A stretch of 64,000 bases of DNA from an uncultured Chloroflexia bacterium. Its GTDB lineage: Bacteria; Chloroflexota; Dehalococcoidia; UBA2979. Numbering within the stretch: the stretch's first letter is position 1; each line of letters begins with the position of its first letter. Both the position numbers and the translations under genes were made by a program. Below the pieces are notes generated by a model, which worked only from the letters and a program-made list of their open reading frames with translations, had not been told where the DNA came from and did no database searches. Shown one piece after another: positions 52,427-63,471 of the stretch. The stretch lies in assembly GCA_963728205.1 (NCBI GenBank), contig CAVSIV010000006.1:1632001-1696000 (forward strand), in the 5' to 3' direction.

Positions 52427-53812
52427 CTAGCGCTGCAGCAGCGCCGCGATCATCGCGCGCGCCACCGGTCCGGCCTGCGTCGAACCCGCGCCCGCGCGCT
52501 CCTTCAGCACCGCGACCGCGATCCGCGGGTGGTCGACCGGCGCGAACGCGATGAACACCGCGTGCGTCGGCTGCCCCGCGAAGACCTCCGCGGATCCGGT
52601 CTTCCCCCCGACGGTCACGCCCGGGATCGCCGCCGTGTTCGCCCAGCCCACGTCCACGCTGTGCTGCATGATCGCGGCCAGCGCGTGGGCGGTGTCCGCG
52701 GACATCCCGCGCCGCCACGTCGCCGGCGCCTCGTCCATGAACAGCCGCGGCACCGGCACCAGCCCGTTGTTCGCGGCGGCCGCCGTGATCAGCGCGAGCT
52801 CGAGCGGCGTCACCAGCAGCTCGCCCTGCCCGAAGGCCGTCGACGCGATCGCCGAGTCGCTCGTCAGGAACCCCGGCCCGCCGACCTGCCCCGCCGACGT
52901 CGTGAGGTCGAACGGCACCGCGTCGCTCACGCCGAGCGCGTCGGCCATCGCTTTGAGCCGGTCGGCGCCGAGCTCGACCCCGAGCTTCGCGAAGAACGTG
53001 TTGCACGAGTACGCGTAGGCGTCGGCGACCGTCTGCGTGTGTTTGCCGGGCGGCTCGTTGTGGCTCGTGATCGTGTGGCCGTCGATCGTGATGCTCTCGG
53101 GGCAGGTCGCCGGGTCCGACGCCTTCACCAGACCGGCCTGCAGCGCCGCGGCGAGCGTGACGGTCTTGAACGTCGACCCCGGCGTGTAGAGCCCCTCGGT
53201 CGCGCGGTTGAGCAGCGGGCTGTTCGGCTGCGCGCTCAGCGCCTGCCAGCCGGCGGCGTCGACGTTGTTCGGGTTGAACGTGGGGTTGCTGACCATCGCC
53301 AGCACCTGCCCGCTGACCGGGTCGATCGCGACCGCCGCGCCCGGCGCGCCGCCCATCGCCTGCTCTGCCGCGCGCTGCACCGCGGGGTCGAGCGTGAGCC
53401 GCACGTCGGCGCCGTGGTGTGGCCAGTGCACGAGGTTCTGCAGGCTCGCGATCAGGTCGGTCGGCGCGCGGCCCGCCAGCCGGTCGGCGGCGGCCGCCTC
53501 GGCGCCGGCGGCACCCACGCCGGCGATCGTGTAGCCGACGACCTGCGCCGCGCCGGGGTCGGTGTAGTGCCGCGCCGGCTTGCCGTCGGGCCCCGTGACG
53601 GTCTCGGCGAGCACGTTGCCGTCGCGGTCGAGCAGCCGGCCGCGATCGCCGGTCGTCGCCTCGCGCGCGATGCGGTCGCCGTTCACCACTGCGTCGTGCC
53701 GGAGCGAGTCGGCGCGCACGACCTGCCAGTAGCCGGACGCCAGCGCCAGCACGAAGAAGCCGCCGAGGAGCACGATCCCGGCCTGCACGCTGCGTCGGAC
53801 GAGCGGGCTCAC
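52427..53812 (-). CDS. pbpA: Class B penicillin-binding protein (PbpA-like)
   Basis: N-terminal TM, RGRLLDRDG, SxxK (STFK), SxN (SCN), KTG. Confidence 0.9.
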   Translation of the reverse strand: MSPLVRRSVQAGIVLLGGFFVLALASGYWQVVRADSLRHDAVVNGDRIAREATTGDRGRLLDRDGNVLAETVTGPDGKPARHYTDPGAAQVVGYTIAGVGAAGAEAAAADRLAGRAPTDLIASLQNLVHWPHHGADVRLTLDPAVQRAAEQAMGGAPGAAVAIDPVSGQVLAMVSNPTFNPNNVDAAGWQALSAQPNSPLLNRATEGLYTPGSTFKTVTLAAALQAGLVKASDPATCPESITIDGHTITSHNEPPGKHTQTVADAYAYSCNTFFAKLGVELGADRLKAMADALGVSDAVPFDLTTSAGQVGGPGFLTSDSAIASTAFGQGELLVTPLELALITAAAANNGLVPVPRLFMDEAPATWRRGMSADTAHALAAIMQHSVDVGWANTAAIPGVTVGGKTGSAEVFAGQPTHAVFIAFAPVDHPRIAVAVLKERAGAGSTQAGPVARAMIAALLQR

Positions 53813-55113
53813 GTCGCCCCTGCCTCGTCGACGGCCGCCCGCGGCCGCGCCGTCGCCACGATCAGCCCGAGCGCGGCCCAGTTCATCACCATCGACGATC
53901 CGCCGTAGCTGAGAAACGGCGTCGTCAGCCCCGCGAGCGGGAGCACGCGCAGCGCGCCGCCGATGGAGATCAGCGCCTGCAGTCCGAGGCTGACCGCGAG
54001 CCCCACCCCGAGCAGCAGCGCGAAGGGATCGCGCGCCCGTCGCATCACGAGCATGGCGGCGCGGCTGACCATCAGCGCGTACAGCAACACGACGGCCAGC
54101 GCCCCGACGAGCCCCCACTCCTCGCCGATCACCGCGAACGGGTAGTCGGTGTGCGCGGCCGGCACCAGCGTGGGGAAGCCGTACCCCGGACCCGTGCCGA
54201 TCACGCCGCCCGACGCCATCCCGCCGATCGCCGACAGGCTCTGGTAGCCGAGACCCCGCGGGTCGTTCCACGGGTTGAGCCACGCGGAGATGCGCTCGTG
54301 CACGTGGCCGGACAGGTGGTACGCGGCGAACGACAGGACGACGAACAGCACCGCCCCGATCACCACGTAGTCGAACCGCCCGAGCGCCAGGTAGAGGACC
54401 GCGAGGAACGTCGCGAACAGCAGCAGCGCCGGCCCGATGTCGTGCTGGAACAGCACGATCAGCAGCGACAGCGCGACCATCGCCGCCAGCGGCAGCAGGT
54501 CCTCGAGCGGCGGCATCGAGAGCGGACCCAGCCGCCACGCCGCGCCGGTCAGCGGCTCGCGACGCGACGTCAGGTACCCGGCCAGGAAGACGACGAAGAT
54601 GATGCGCAGCAGCTCGGACGGCTGAAAGGTGAACGGCCCGAACGCGAGCCACAGGCGCTCGTCGCTCCCGCCGGGGCCGGTGCCGAACGCGAACGTGAGC
54701 AGCATCAGCGCGATCGACAGCGTCAGCCACGTGTACTTGTAGCGGCGCGCCAGTTGCACGGCGCTCGGCAGCGCGATCACCGCGACGAACGCGGCCCACC
54801 CCAGCGCGGCCCACATGATCTGCCGCTCGAGCAGGTCCGGGCGCACGCGCGCCACGCTGACGGTGCCGAGCGCCACCGTCGTCCATGCGGCGCCCACCAG
54901 CAGCGAGTCCGCGCCGCGCCCCAGCACGCGCAGCACCGCCGGCGTCAGCAGCGCGAGCAGCCCGAGCGCGCCGAGCTCGACGAGCGTGCGCGGCGGCGTC
55001 GCCCCGTGTCGCATGCTCACGACGACCGCTGCCGGCCCGAGCACGAGCAGCAGCGCGGGCAGCAGCACCGCCGCGGGCGACCGGGGCGGCCGGGCGGCCG
55101 GCAGCGCCGTCAC
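53809..55113 (-). CDS. rodA: SEDS peptidoglycan glycosyltransferase RodA/FtsW
   Basis: FQPSE, HDIG, GYQ, AHTDY, PFLSYGGSS. Confidence 0.9.
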   Translation of the reverse strand: MTALPAARPPRSPAAVLLPALLLVLGPAAVVVSMRHGATPPRTLVELGALGLLALLTPAVLRVLGRGADSLLVGAAWTTVALGTVSVARVRPDLLERQIMWAALGWAAFVAVIALPSAVQLARRYKYTWLTLSIALMLLTFAFGTGPGGSDERLWLAFGPFTFQPSELLRIIFVVFLAGYLTSRREPLTGAAWRLGPLSMPPLEDLLPLAAMVALSLLIVLFQHDIGPALLLFATFLAVLYLALGRFDYVVIGAVLFVVLSFAAYHLSGHVHERISAWLNPWNDPRGLGYQSLSAIGGMASGGVIGTGPGYGFPTLVPAAHTDYPFAVIGEEWGLVGALAVVLLYALMVSRAAMLVMRRARDPFALLLGVGLAVSLGLQALISIGGALRVLPLAGLTTPFLSYGGSSMVMNWAALGLIVATARPRAAVDEAGAT

Positions 55114-55670
55114 GCGTCGCGCTCGACGGCCGGTATCGACAGCGAGCCCCCGGCCGTGTCTTCGGCCCGCGGCGTCGGCGCGACGCGCTCGACGAGCCGC
55201 AGCCCCACGGGCCCCACGTCGATCAGCGCGCCGGCCGTCAGCGGGACCGCCGCGTGCACCGGGCGGCCCTCGACACGCGTGCCGTTCGTCGAGCCGAGGT
55301 CCTCGATCCACCACGTGCCGTCGCGCCAGCGCACGCGGGCGTGGCGGGTCGACACGCGCGGGTCGTCGAGGTGCACGCCGCAGTCGGGGTCGCGCCCGAT
55401 CGTGGTGACGGCGGCCAGGGGGACATGGCGCGGGCGCTCGTCGGCGTCGCCCTCGCCGGCGAGCACCTCGAGCCAGGCGGGCGCGCGCGGCTGCTCGGCC
55501 CCGCCCACGGCGGCGCGCCCCGCGATCGCGATCGCGCCGGAGGCGCGCAGCTCGCGCCGCAGCGTCGTGAACCCCGTGAGCAGGAACAGGTACAGCACCG
55601 CCACCACCGCGACGCGCATCGCGAAGACGGCCAGCGACCAGGCTTCGGCCGGCGTGAGGTTACCGGCCAC
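55110..55670 (-). CDS. Membrane-anchored FHA domain protein (FhaB-like)
   Basis: N-terminal TM; IGR, VSTRHA, DLGSTNGT. Confidence 0.88.
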   Translation of the reverse strand: MAGNLTPAEAWSLAVFAMRVAVVAVLYLFLLTGFTTLRRELRASGAIAIAGRAAVGGAEQPRAPAWLEVLAGEGDADERPRHVPLAAVTTIGRDPDCGVHLDDPRVSTRHARVRWRDGTWWIEDLGSTNGTRVEGRPVHAAVPLTAGALIDVGPVGLRLVERVAPTPRAEDTAGGSLSIPAVERDA

Positions 55671-56427
55671 GGACGCGCTCCGAGTCGTCGTGGTAGGTGA
55701 GCTCCGTGGAGCCGATGGCGAGCCGGTCGCCGTCGTGCAGCCGCGCGAAGTGCGCGCGCCGCCCGTTCACGTACACGCCGTTCGCGCTGTCGAGGTCGAA
55801 GACGACGCGCCCGCTCCCGGCGCGGCGGATCGCCGCGTGGTGGCGCGAGACCGCGGCGTCGTCGAGCACGAGATCGGCATCCTCGCCGCGGCCGATGCGG
55901 AACTCCGCGCGTGTGCCGAGGTCGGCGGCGCCGTCGCGCGCGACCGTGAGCCACGGCCCGGCCGGCCGCGCGCCGGGCGCCATCACGAGCGTGCGCCCGG
56001 CCGCGGGCCCGGTCCCCGGCCCCACCGCGGACGCCGCGCCGGCCGCGATCGTGTCGGCCGCTTCCGGCACGGCGAAGCCCACCGCGATGCGCAGCGCGCC
56101 GCCGGGCAGCGCGCCGTTCGGCACGAGGTGCACCGTGGCCGGCTCGATCAGCGACGCGCCGCGCTCGGCCGCCGCCTCCTCCACGCGCCGCTCGAGGCGC
56201 TGCTCGACGGCGTCGACGTCGGCCGTCATCCGCGCGAGCGTCCGCGGCGCGACCTCGACGCGGTAGTAGTGCGGCGCGAGGCGCTCGTGGCCGTCGACGA
56301 GGATCGCGTCCTCCATCGCCGCCTCCAGGCGCCGGGCCACGCGCGCCGGCGGCATGCGCCCGGCGAACAGTCGCTCGACACTGCCCTCGACGATCGCCGA
56401 CAGCGCGCGCTCGACGCGATTCAACAA
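55660..56427 (-). CDS. FhaA-like protein (DUF3662 + FHA)
   Basis: N-terminal RVERALSAIVEG..P..VARRL..APHYY; FHA IGR, VSRHHA, DLDSANG. Confidence 0.85.
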   Translation of the reverse strand: MLNRVERALSAIVEGSVERLFAGRMPPARVARRLEAAMEDAILVDGHERLAPHYYRVEVAPRTLARMTADVDAVEQRLERRVEEAAAERGASLIEPATVHLVPNGALPGGALRIAVGFAVPEAADTIAAGAASAVGPGTGPAAGRTLVMAPGARPAGPWLTVARDGAADLGTRAEFRIGRGEDADLVLDDAAVSRHHAAIRRAGSGRVVFDLDSANGVYVNGRRAHFARLHDGDRLAIGSTELTYHDDSERVRGR

Positions 56428-56559
56428 CGGCGGACGCTCCTCCGGGGTGGTGCGGTTCGTCGGCGCGACGGGCCTCGGTACAATCTGAGTGTCGCACGCG
56501 AGATTACGCTCCGGCATGGCCGGGGGCGAAGGGGTGTCGATGGGCGGGGCAGGGCGCGG

Positions 56560-58032
56560 ATGACGTGGTCGCACGCGGTCGAGGAGCGGTACGCGCTCGA
56601 CGAGCCGCCCGCGCCCGGCGCCGTCCGCGGCACGGACCGCAAGCTCGACCGGCATGTGGTGCTGTGGACGGTCGAGGGGCGCGACCCGCCGGCGCGCGAG
56701 GCGCTGCTGGCGCTGGCGCGTGGCTGCAGCCGGCTCGCGCACCCGCTCTTCCTCAAGGTGCTCGACGTCGCGGACGCGCCGGCGCGGCTCGCGGTCGTGC
56801 TGCAGTCGCCGGGCGAGGCGACGCTCGAGCAGCAGGCCGGCTCGCTGCCGACGCTCGTGGCGGTGTCGCTCACGCTCGAGGTCGCGACCGCGCTGCAGGA
56901 CGCGCGGCGCGTGGGTCTGGAGCCGCGGCAGCTGCCGCTGCGCTACCTGCACTTCGACCCCGAGGGCGTGCGCATCGACCCGCTCGGCGTGTTCGCCGCG
57001 ACACCGCGCGGCGCCGCCGCGAACGGCGCGGAGCCAGATGCCGCGGCGACGCCGGCGGTGTCGCTGCTGTGCGACCTGCTCGAGGAGTTGCTCGGCCGGA
57101 CGGAGGGCGCGCCCGACCGTTTCGACCCGGGTCGCGGGGCGGCGCGCAGCCTCGTCGCACGCTGGCGCGAACGCGCGGCAGCGCAGCCGGCGGACGACGG
57201 CGCGCTGCCGGCGTTTGTCTCGGAGCTGCGCGTGCTGCTGGGGCGCTGGGAGGGGCGCGCCGCGGCCGAGCCGGCCGCGGACGTCGCGCCGGGCGCCGCG
57301 ACTGCGGCGGCGCCGCAGCCGCGCCCGGCGGCCGCCGCCACGCCCGAAGCGCCGACCGTGCGGCTGCGGCGCCCGCCGGAGTCCGCGCTACGCGCGCGCC
57401 GCGAGGCGCGCGGCGGGGCGAGCGGCTGGCGCCGTCTGCTGCCGCCCCCGTTCCGCGGCGGCGAGCCCACCGCGCCGGCCGCGACCGCGACCACCACCCT
57501 CGCGCTCCCCGGGGCCGCGCCCGCGCGTCGGGGTCGCGCGGACGCCGGCGGCGCCCGCGTCGGCGTGCGCCCGTTGCTCGTCGTGCTCGCGACGCTCGTC
57601 TTCGGCGGCGCGGTCCTGCTCGCGGTATCGCCCGCGGCACGCGACACGCTGCGCGCGCACGTGCCGGCCCTGCCGGCGATCACGCTCGGCGGCGAAGGCA
57701 ACGGCGGCGGCGCGGGCGGCAGCGGCGGCTCGCAGCGCGCCGTCGCGACCGCGCCGGCGCCGGCGGCCGGGAAGGTGACGGTGAGCGTCGTCGCGCAGGA
57801 GCCCACCGTGGTGCGCGTCACCGTCGACGGCGCGCAGGCCTACAGCGGCACGCTGCGCGCCGGCCAGGGCGGCTCGTGGCAGGGGACCCAGCGGGTCGAG
57901 GTCTGGACGGACCACGGCAAGACGCTGCAGATCACGATCAACGGCTACGCGCTGGGCGCGTACTCGCCGGCGATGGGCCACCCCGACTGGAACCACATCG
58001 ACTACGGCTTCGGACCGGGCTGGAAACCGTGA
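56560..58032 (+). CDS. Degenerate kinase-like domain + TM + RodZ-like (DUF4115) C-terminal domain
   Basis: Kinase N-lobe remnants (DRKLDRHV, LAHP..LKVLDV) without the Gly loop, VAxK, HRD or DFG; TM LLVVLATLVFGGAVLLAV; C-terminal VRVTVDG..YSGTLRAG..LQITING. Confidence 0.7.
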   Translation: MTWSHAVEERYALDEPPAPGAVRGTDRKLDRHVVLWTVEGRDPPAREALLALARGCSRLAHPLFLKVLDVADAPARLAVVLQSPGEATLEQQAGSLPTLVAVSLTLEVATALQDARRVGLEPRQLPLRYLHFDPEGVRIDPLGVFAATPRGAAANGAEPDAAATPAVSLLCDLLEELLGRTEGAPDRFDPGRGAARSLVARWRERAAAQPADDGALPAFVSELRVLLGRWEGRAAAEPAADVAPGAATAAAPQPRPAAAATPEAPTVRLRRPPESALRARREARGGASGWRRLLPPPFRGGEPTAPAATATTTLALPGAAPARRGRADAGGARVGVRPLLVVLATLVFGGAVLLAVSPAARDTLRAHVPALPAITLGGEGNGGGAGGSGGSQRAVATAPAPAAGKVTVSVVAQEPTVVRVTVDGAQAYSGTLRAGQGGSWQGTQRVEVWTDHGKTLQITINGYALGAYSPAMGHPDWNHIDYGFGPGWKP

Positions 58033-58938
58033 CCCGCGAGCCCCGCGACGCGCCGAACGGCGATCCCGCCGGCGAGGCGGCCGAAGAGCCGAGCGCCGCC
58101 CACGCCGCCGACATCCGTCCCGGCGCGGTGCTCGCCGGCCGCTATGCGATCGAGCGCACGATGGCGACCGGCGGCATGGGCGCGATCCTGCTCGCGCGCG
58201 ACCGGCTGCTCGACCGGCCGGTCGCCGTGAAGGTGCTCCACCCGTACCTCGCCGGCGGCCCCGAGGCGCAGCGCTTCCTCAGCGAAGGCCGCGTGCTGGC
58301 CGCGCTCGTCCACCCCAACCTCGCGGCCGTCTACGACATGGACGAGGCCGACGAACTCCCCTACCTGGTCATGGAGTACGTCGAGGGCGAGAGCCTGGCG
58401 ACGCTGCTCGACCGCGAGGGCCGTCCACCGCTGGCGACGTCGGTGGCGTGGGCGACGCAGAATCTGCGACGCGCTCGAGTACATCCACGAGCGCGGCGTC
58501 GTGCATCGCGACGTGAAGCCGCAGAACCTGATCGTGACGCCGTCGGGCGCGATCCGGCTCGTCGATTTCGGCATCGCCCGCGCGTCGGACGCGACCGAGC
58601 TGACGATGCCCGGGTCGATCCTCGGCACCGCGCACTACCTCGCGCCGGAGCTCGTCGCCGGCGAGCCGGCGTCGGTGCGGTCGGACCTCTACGCGCTGGG
58701 CGTCGTGCTCTACCGGCTCTTCACCGGCCGGCTGCCGTTCCCCGGCGACGACCCGCTCGCGGTCGCGATGCGCCACCGCACGGACCCGATACCCCCGCCG
58801 TCCGAGGTCGTCACGGACCTGCCGCCGGGCGTGGAGGAGATCCTGTTGCGGCTGCTCGAGAAGGACCCCGAGCGCCGCTACGCCAGCGCCGGCGACGTCG
58901 CGGTCGCGCTGGCCGGCGTGCGCGCCGCGACGGGGTAG
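58029..58938 (+). CDS. Hanks-type Ser/Thr protein kinase, catalytic domain only (apparent +1 indel near 58461)
   Basis: TGGMG, VAVKVL, HPNL, then HRDVKPQN, DFGIA, GTAHYLAPE, SDLYALG in the next frame; no TM or PASTA. Confidence 0.88.
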
Positions 58939-58947
58939 GGGCCACAT

Positions 58948-59042
58948 CCCACAGCGGCGGCAGACATGCCGCCGACAGGGCGCGGACGCAGTCCGCGGCT
59001 GGCGCCGCCGATCTGTCGGCGGCGTGTCTGCCGCCGCTGTGG
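58948..59042. repeat. REP-like palindromic element, family A
   Basis: cacagcggcggcagacatgccgccgacag ... ctgtcggcggcgtgtctgccgccgctgtg between the convergent kinase and lhr genes. Confidence 0.88.
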
Positions 59043-59071
59043 CGCAGTCAGGGGCCGTTCGGGTCGAGGAG

Positions 59072-62000
59072 TCAGTCGCCCGCCGGCACGGGCGGCGCGA
59101 AGTGGCCGCCGGGACCGCGGAACCGCAGGTTCGCGGTCGCGTCCTCCGGCAGGCCGTCAATCAGGACGATGCTCTTGCCCGGCTGCGCGGGAACGCGCGG
59201 CCCGTGGATCGCGATGCCGGTGAGGTTCGCGGGGTCGACGGCGCTGATCGTGACGCGCGTGCCGGCGGGCGGCTCGCGGCGGACGCGCCGCAGGATGGTC
59301 ACCGCCTCGGGCAGCGCGTACTGCTCGCCGACGAACCCGCCCACGAACCGGCCGCCGCGCACGGTGCCGCGCGCTTCCATGCGGCGCATCGCGCGCAGCA
59401 CCTCGCGCCACGGCAGCGCCACGCTCTCCTGTCGCGCAAGGTCGCGGAAGACGACGCCGTAGCGCCGCAGCAGCAGCATCGCGCGCGTGCTCGGCGAGCT
59501 CGTCGAATTCGTCCGACGGGGTCGACCTCGGGTGCGCGGACGAGCGACCAGCGGCCGGGTGGTCCGCCACCCGCGAACATGCCGCCGCGCAGGTAGTTCC
59601 CGCCGCGCGGCGCGCGCCGCCGAGCCGGACCGGCGCCCATGGCGTCGCTTCCGCCGGCGATCTCGCGCAGTCCCTGGAAGCCGTCGGAGGCGACCGAGCC
59701 GCCCGCGATCAGCTCGCGCAGCCCCTGCTCGACGTCGCTCGCCAGGCGGCGCGTCGCGGTCACGATCTCGTCGAAGAAGAGTGCGCCGCGCTCGGCGAGC
59801 AGCGCGTCGATCTCGCCGGCCGCGCCGGCGGTCGGCGGCGCTGCGGCCTCCGAGCCGCTTCCGCTCGCGGCTCCGCCGCGGGGCGGCCGCCGCGCACGGC
59901 CGCGAGCAGCGCCGGCAGGTCGCCGCGCGCGGCGAGCGTGACCGGGGTGGCGCGCGTCGCGGCGGTCGTGCTGGCGCGCGCGCCCTCGGCCGCGGCGCGG
60001 CGTGGCGTGAGGCGCGCCCACGCGACCTCGCCGGCGAGGCAGAGCTCGTCGAGCCACGGCGGCTGGTAGTCGCGCACGCGCGCCGCGATCAGCTCGGGCT
60101 CCCACGCGCCGGCCGGCGCCTCGAAGCCCTGCAGTCGCACGAGCGCCTCGCGCACCCCGCCGCGGCCGTGCAGCTGCTGGCCGGGCTCGAGGTGCTGCCA
60201 CCGCAGCAGGAACCGCATGAAGTCCTGCTGCGAGACCGGGTCGATCTCGCGGCGCAGCCGCTCGAGCGTGTAGCGGTGGATGCGGGCGAGCAGGCGACGG
60301 TCGCAGTATTCGGTCTCGGGCGGCATCTCCGATGCTGGAAGAGGCTTCGCCTGCGGCTCGCCGGGGGCGGGCGGCGTGAACGTCCCGGACAGGACATCAC
60401 CGCCGGCCTCGAGCATCGTCAGACCGTGCCGCGCGTCGTCGACGGCGAGACCGGCGCGCGCGGCGAACTCGGACGCGGTCGCGACGCCGATCGCCTCGGC
60501 GTGCCCGCGCAGCAGCAGCATGCGCGCGGCCTCGCGATGCTCGACGCGCGTCGCGACGCCGTCCGGCAGCGCGAGCGCCGGCAGCGCGGCGTCGGGGTAG
60601 AGCAGCCGCACGACGTCCCGGTGCTCGGCGGGGAACCACAGCCGCGCGCCCGCGTGCTCGAAGACGCCGGCGCGCCCGTCGGCGGCGAGCGCGTCGAGCC
60701 ACTCGCTCCAGTCGGCGACGACCGGCTCGGCGACCGCGACGAGCCCGAGCAGCGCGTCGTGCACCTCCTCGGCGTCGCGCGGGTCGGGCCACGCCTCGTC
60801 GGCCACCCGCGCGATCGCCTCGGCGTCGAGCGCGCCCAGGTCGCGCGCGTCCTCGGGGAGCGTGCGGCGCAGCGTGACCGCGCGCGTGCGGCGCTCCTCG
60901 ATCGGCGCGTCGTCGAGGTACGTGTACGGCCGCCCGGTCACGATCTCGTGCGCCATCGGCGACGGCTCGACGGTGTCGCGCGCGTGGTAGCGGATATCGC
61001 CGCGCTCGACCCGCTCCAGCACGTCGACCAGCCCCGGCACGTCCATCGCCTCGACGAGGCAGTCGCGCATCGTCTGGTGCATCAGCGGGTGATCGGGGAG
61101 CGTGAGCGGGCCGGTCACGTTCTCCTGGCAGCCGACCTGCTCGGGGAAGACCGCCGCCATCAGGTCGTCGGCGCGCATGCGCTGCACGAACGGCGGCACG
61201 CGCCGCCCGCCGCGCTGCCGCGGCACCGCCAGCGCGCGCGTCGCGTTCCAGCGCCAGCGCGTCGGCCACAGCGGCACGTAGAACACCGACTGCTGCACGG
61301 ACTGCTCGGCGTTGCGCGACGTCACCCACTCGATATGCCTCTTCGAGCGGCCACGAGTGCTGCGGGCCGGCCGAGAGCAGGATCGCGTTGTCGTTCGCCG
61401 CGGCCTGCAGCTCGAAGTCGAACGCGACGCAGAACCGCTTGCGCAGCGCGAGCCCCCATGCGCGGTTGATGCGCATGCCGAACGGCGCATGCACGACGAG
61501 CTGCATCCCGCCGGAGTCGTCGAAGAAGCGCTCGAACACGACGTCGGTGTCCGACGGCACGACGCCGAGTCCGTCTCGCGTCGCGCGCACGTAATCGATC
61601 ATCTGCTGCGCGCCGAGTTCCGTGAGCGCGCACTCGGCCTGCAATCGCTCGCGGAGAGACTGCCTGTCGTCCAGCCCCGCGCCGATATCCCGCCGCAGCT
61701 GCCCGACTTCCTCCGACAGCTCCACGGTCCGCCCGGGCGCCTCGCCGAGCCAGAACGGGATCGTCGGCGGCGCACCCTGCGCGTTCGTCACGCGCACCGT
61801 CGACTGCTCGACGCGCTGGATGCGCCACGACGTCGAGCCGAGCAGGAAGATGTCGCCTGCCTGGCTCTCCATCGCGAAGTCCTCGTTCACCGAGCCGACG
61901 GTGACGTCCTCCGGCTCGGCGACGACGCGGTAGTCGCCCATCTCGGGGATCGTCCCGCCGTTGGTGATCGCGGTGAGGCGCGCGCCGCGGCGGCCGCGGA

Positions 62001-63441
62001 CGACGCCGTTGATGCGGTCGCGATGGATCAGCGCCGGCGCGCGACCGGCGCCGTCGCCCAGGCCGTCCGCCAGCATCTGCACGATCTCGTCGAAGTCCTC
62101 GCGCGCCAGCGACGCGAACGGCGCGGCGCGTCGCGCGAGCGCGAAGAGGTCGTCCTCGCGCCAGTCCTCGCACGCCGCCTCGGCGACGATCTGCTGCGCG
62201 AGGACGTCGAGCGGCGCGACCGGCTGCTGGATGCGGTCGAGCCGCCCGGCGCGCACCGCGCGCACGAGCGCCGCGCACTCGATCAGCTCGTCGCGTGACG
62301 TCGGGAACAGCCGGCCGTGCGGGCGCAGGCCGAGCGCATGGCCGGAGCGGCCGATGCGCTGCAGGAACGTCGCGATCGCGCGCGGCGAGCCGACCTGGCA
62401 GACGAGGTCGATCGCGCCGATGTCGATGCCGAGCTCGAGCGAAGCGGTCGCGACGAGCGCCTTGAGGTCGCCCGCCTTCAGCCGCTGCTCGACGCGCAGG
62501 CGGCGCTCGCGCGACAGCGAGCCGTGGTGGCTCGCGACCATGTCCTCGCCGAGCCGCAGCGCGAGGTGGTGCGCGACGCGCTCGGACAGCGCGCGCGTGT
62601 TCACGAAGATCAGCGTCGTGCGGTGGCCGGCGACCAGCTGGGCGAGCCGGTCGTAGATGTCGGCGAACTGCTCCTTCGACGGCACCGCTTCGAGGTCGCT
62701 CGGCGGCACCTCGACGTGCAGCTCGAGGTCGCGCTGGTGGCCGAGGTCGACCACCTCGCACGGCCGGTCCGCGCCGACGAGGAAGCGCGCGATGTCCTCG
62801 ATCGGCCGCTGCGTCGCGGAGAGGCCGATGCGGGCCGGCGGGGCGCCGGCCGCGATGTGCTCGAGGCGCTCGAGCGACAGCGCGAGGTGGCTGCCGCGGC
62901 GGTCGCGGGCGAGCGCGTGGATCTCGTCGACGATCACGGTGCGAACGTGGCGCAGCGTCTCGCGGCCGCGTTCCGCGGTGAGCAGCAGGTAGAGCGACTC
63001 CGGCGTGGTGATCAGGATGTGGGGCGGGCGGCGGACCATCGCCTGCCGCTCGGACTGCGGCGTGTCGCCGGTGCGCACGCCGGTCCTGATCGCCGGCGGG
63101 ACGAGCCCGAGCTCCGCGGCCACCTCGGCGATGCCGGCGAGCGGCTCCTCGAGGTTGCGCTGGATGTCGTTGCCCAGGGCCTTCAGCGGCGAGACGTAGA
63201 GGATGGACGTCTCGTCGGCCAGCTCGCCGCGCTCCGCCGCGCGGAAGAGCGCGTCGATGCCGACGAGGAACGCGGCCAAGGTCTTGCCGGACCCGGTCGG
63301 CGCTGCCAGCAGCGTGTTGCGGCGCGCGAGGATGTGCGGCCACCCGGCGATCTGCGCGTCGGTAGGCGCGCCGAAGCGGCGGCGGAACCACTCGCGAACC
63401 GCCGGGTGCAGGGCGTCGAGCATCGAGGCGTCGTCGGTCAC
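59072..63441 (-). CDS. lhr: Lhr-family ATP-dependent helicase (several apparent frameshifts)
   Basis: [35 protein letters not shown]; C-terminal [27 protein letters not shown]; frame breaks near 61335, 59870 and 59480-59520. Confidence 0.9.
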
Positions 63442-63457
63442 GTGTCCCCCGCGCATC

Positions 63458-63471
63458 CGAACATCCGTACT
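63458..63471. promoter_or_regulatory. Candidate LexA (SOS) box upstream of lhr
   Basis: CGAAC-ATCC-GTACT matches the GAAC-N4-GT(T/A)C pattern; overlaps a TACAGT -10-like hexamer on the minus strand. Confidence 0.6.

Noticed and set aside
59072-63441. lhr (and dedA, DUF1684, the kinase) as true pseudogenes
   Set aside because: All motifs are intact, codon bias is preserved and the lesions are isolated small indels, which fits sequencing error better than decay; cannot be excluded without reads
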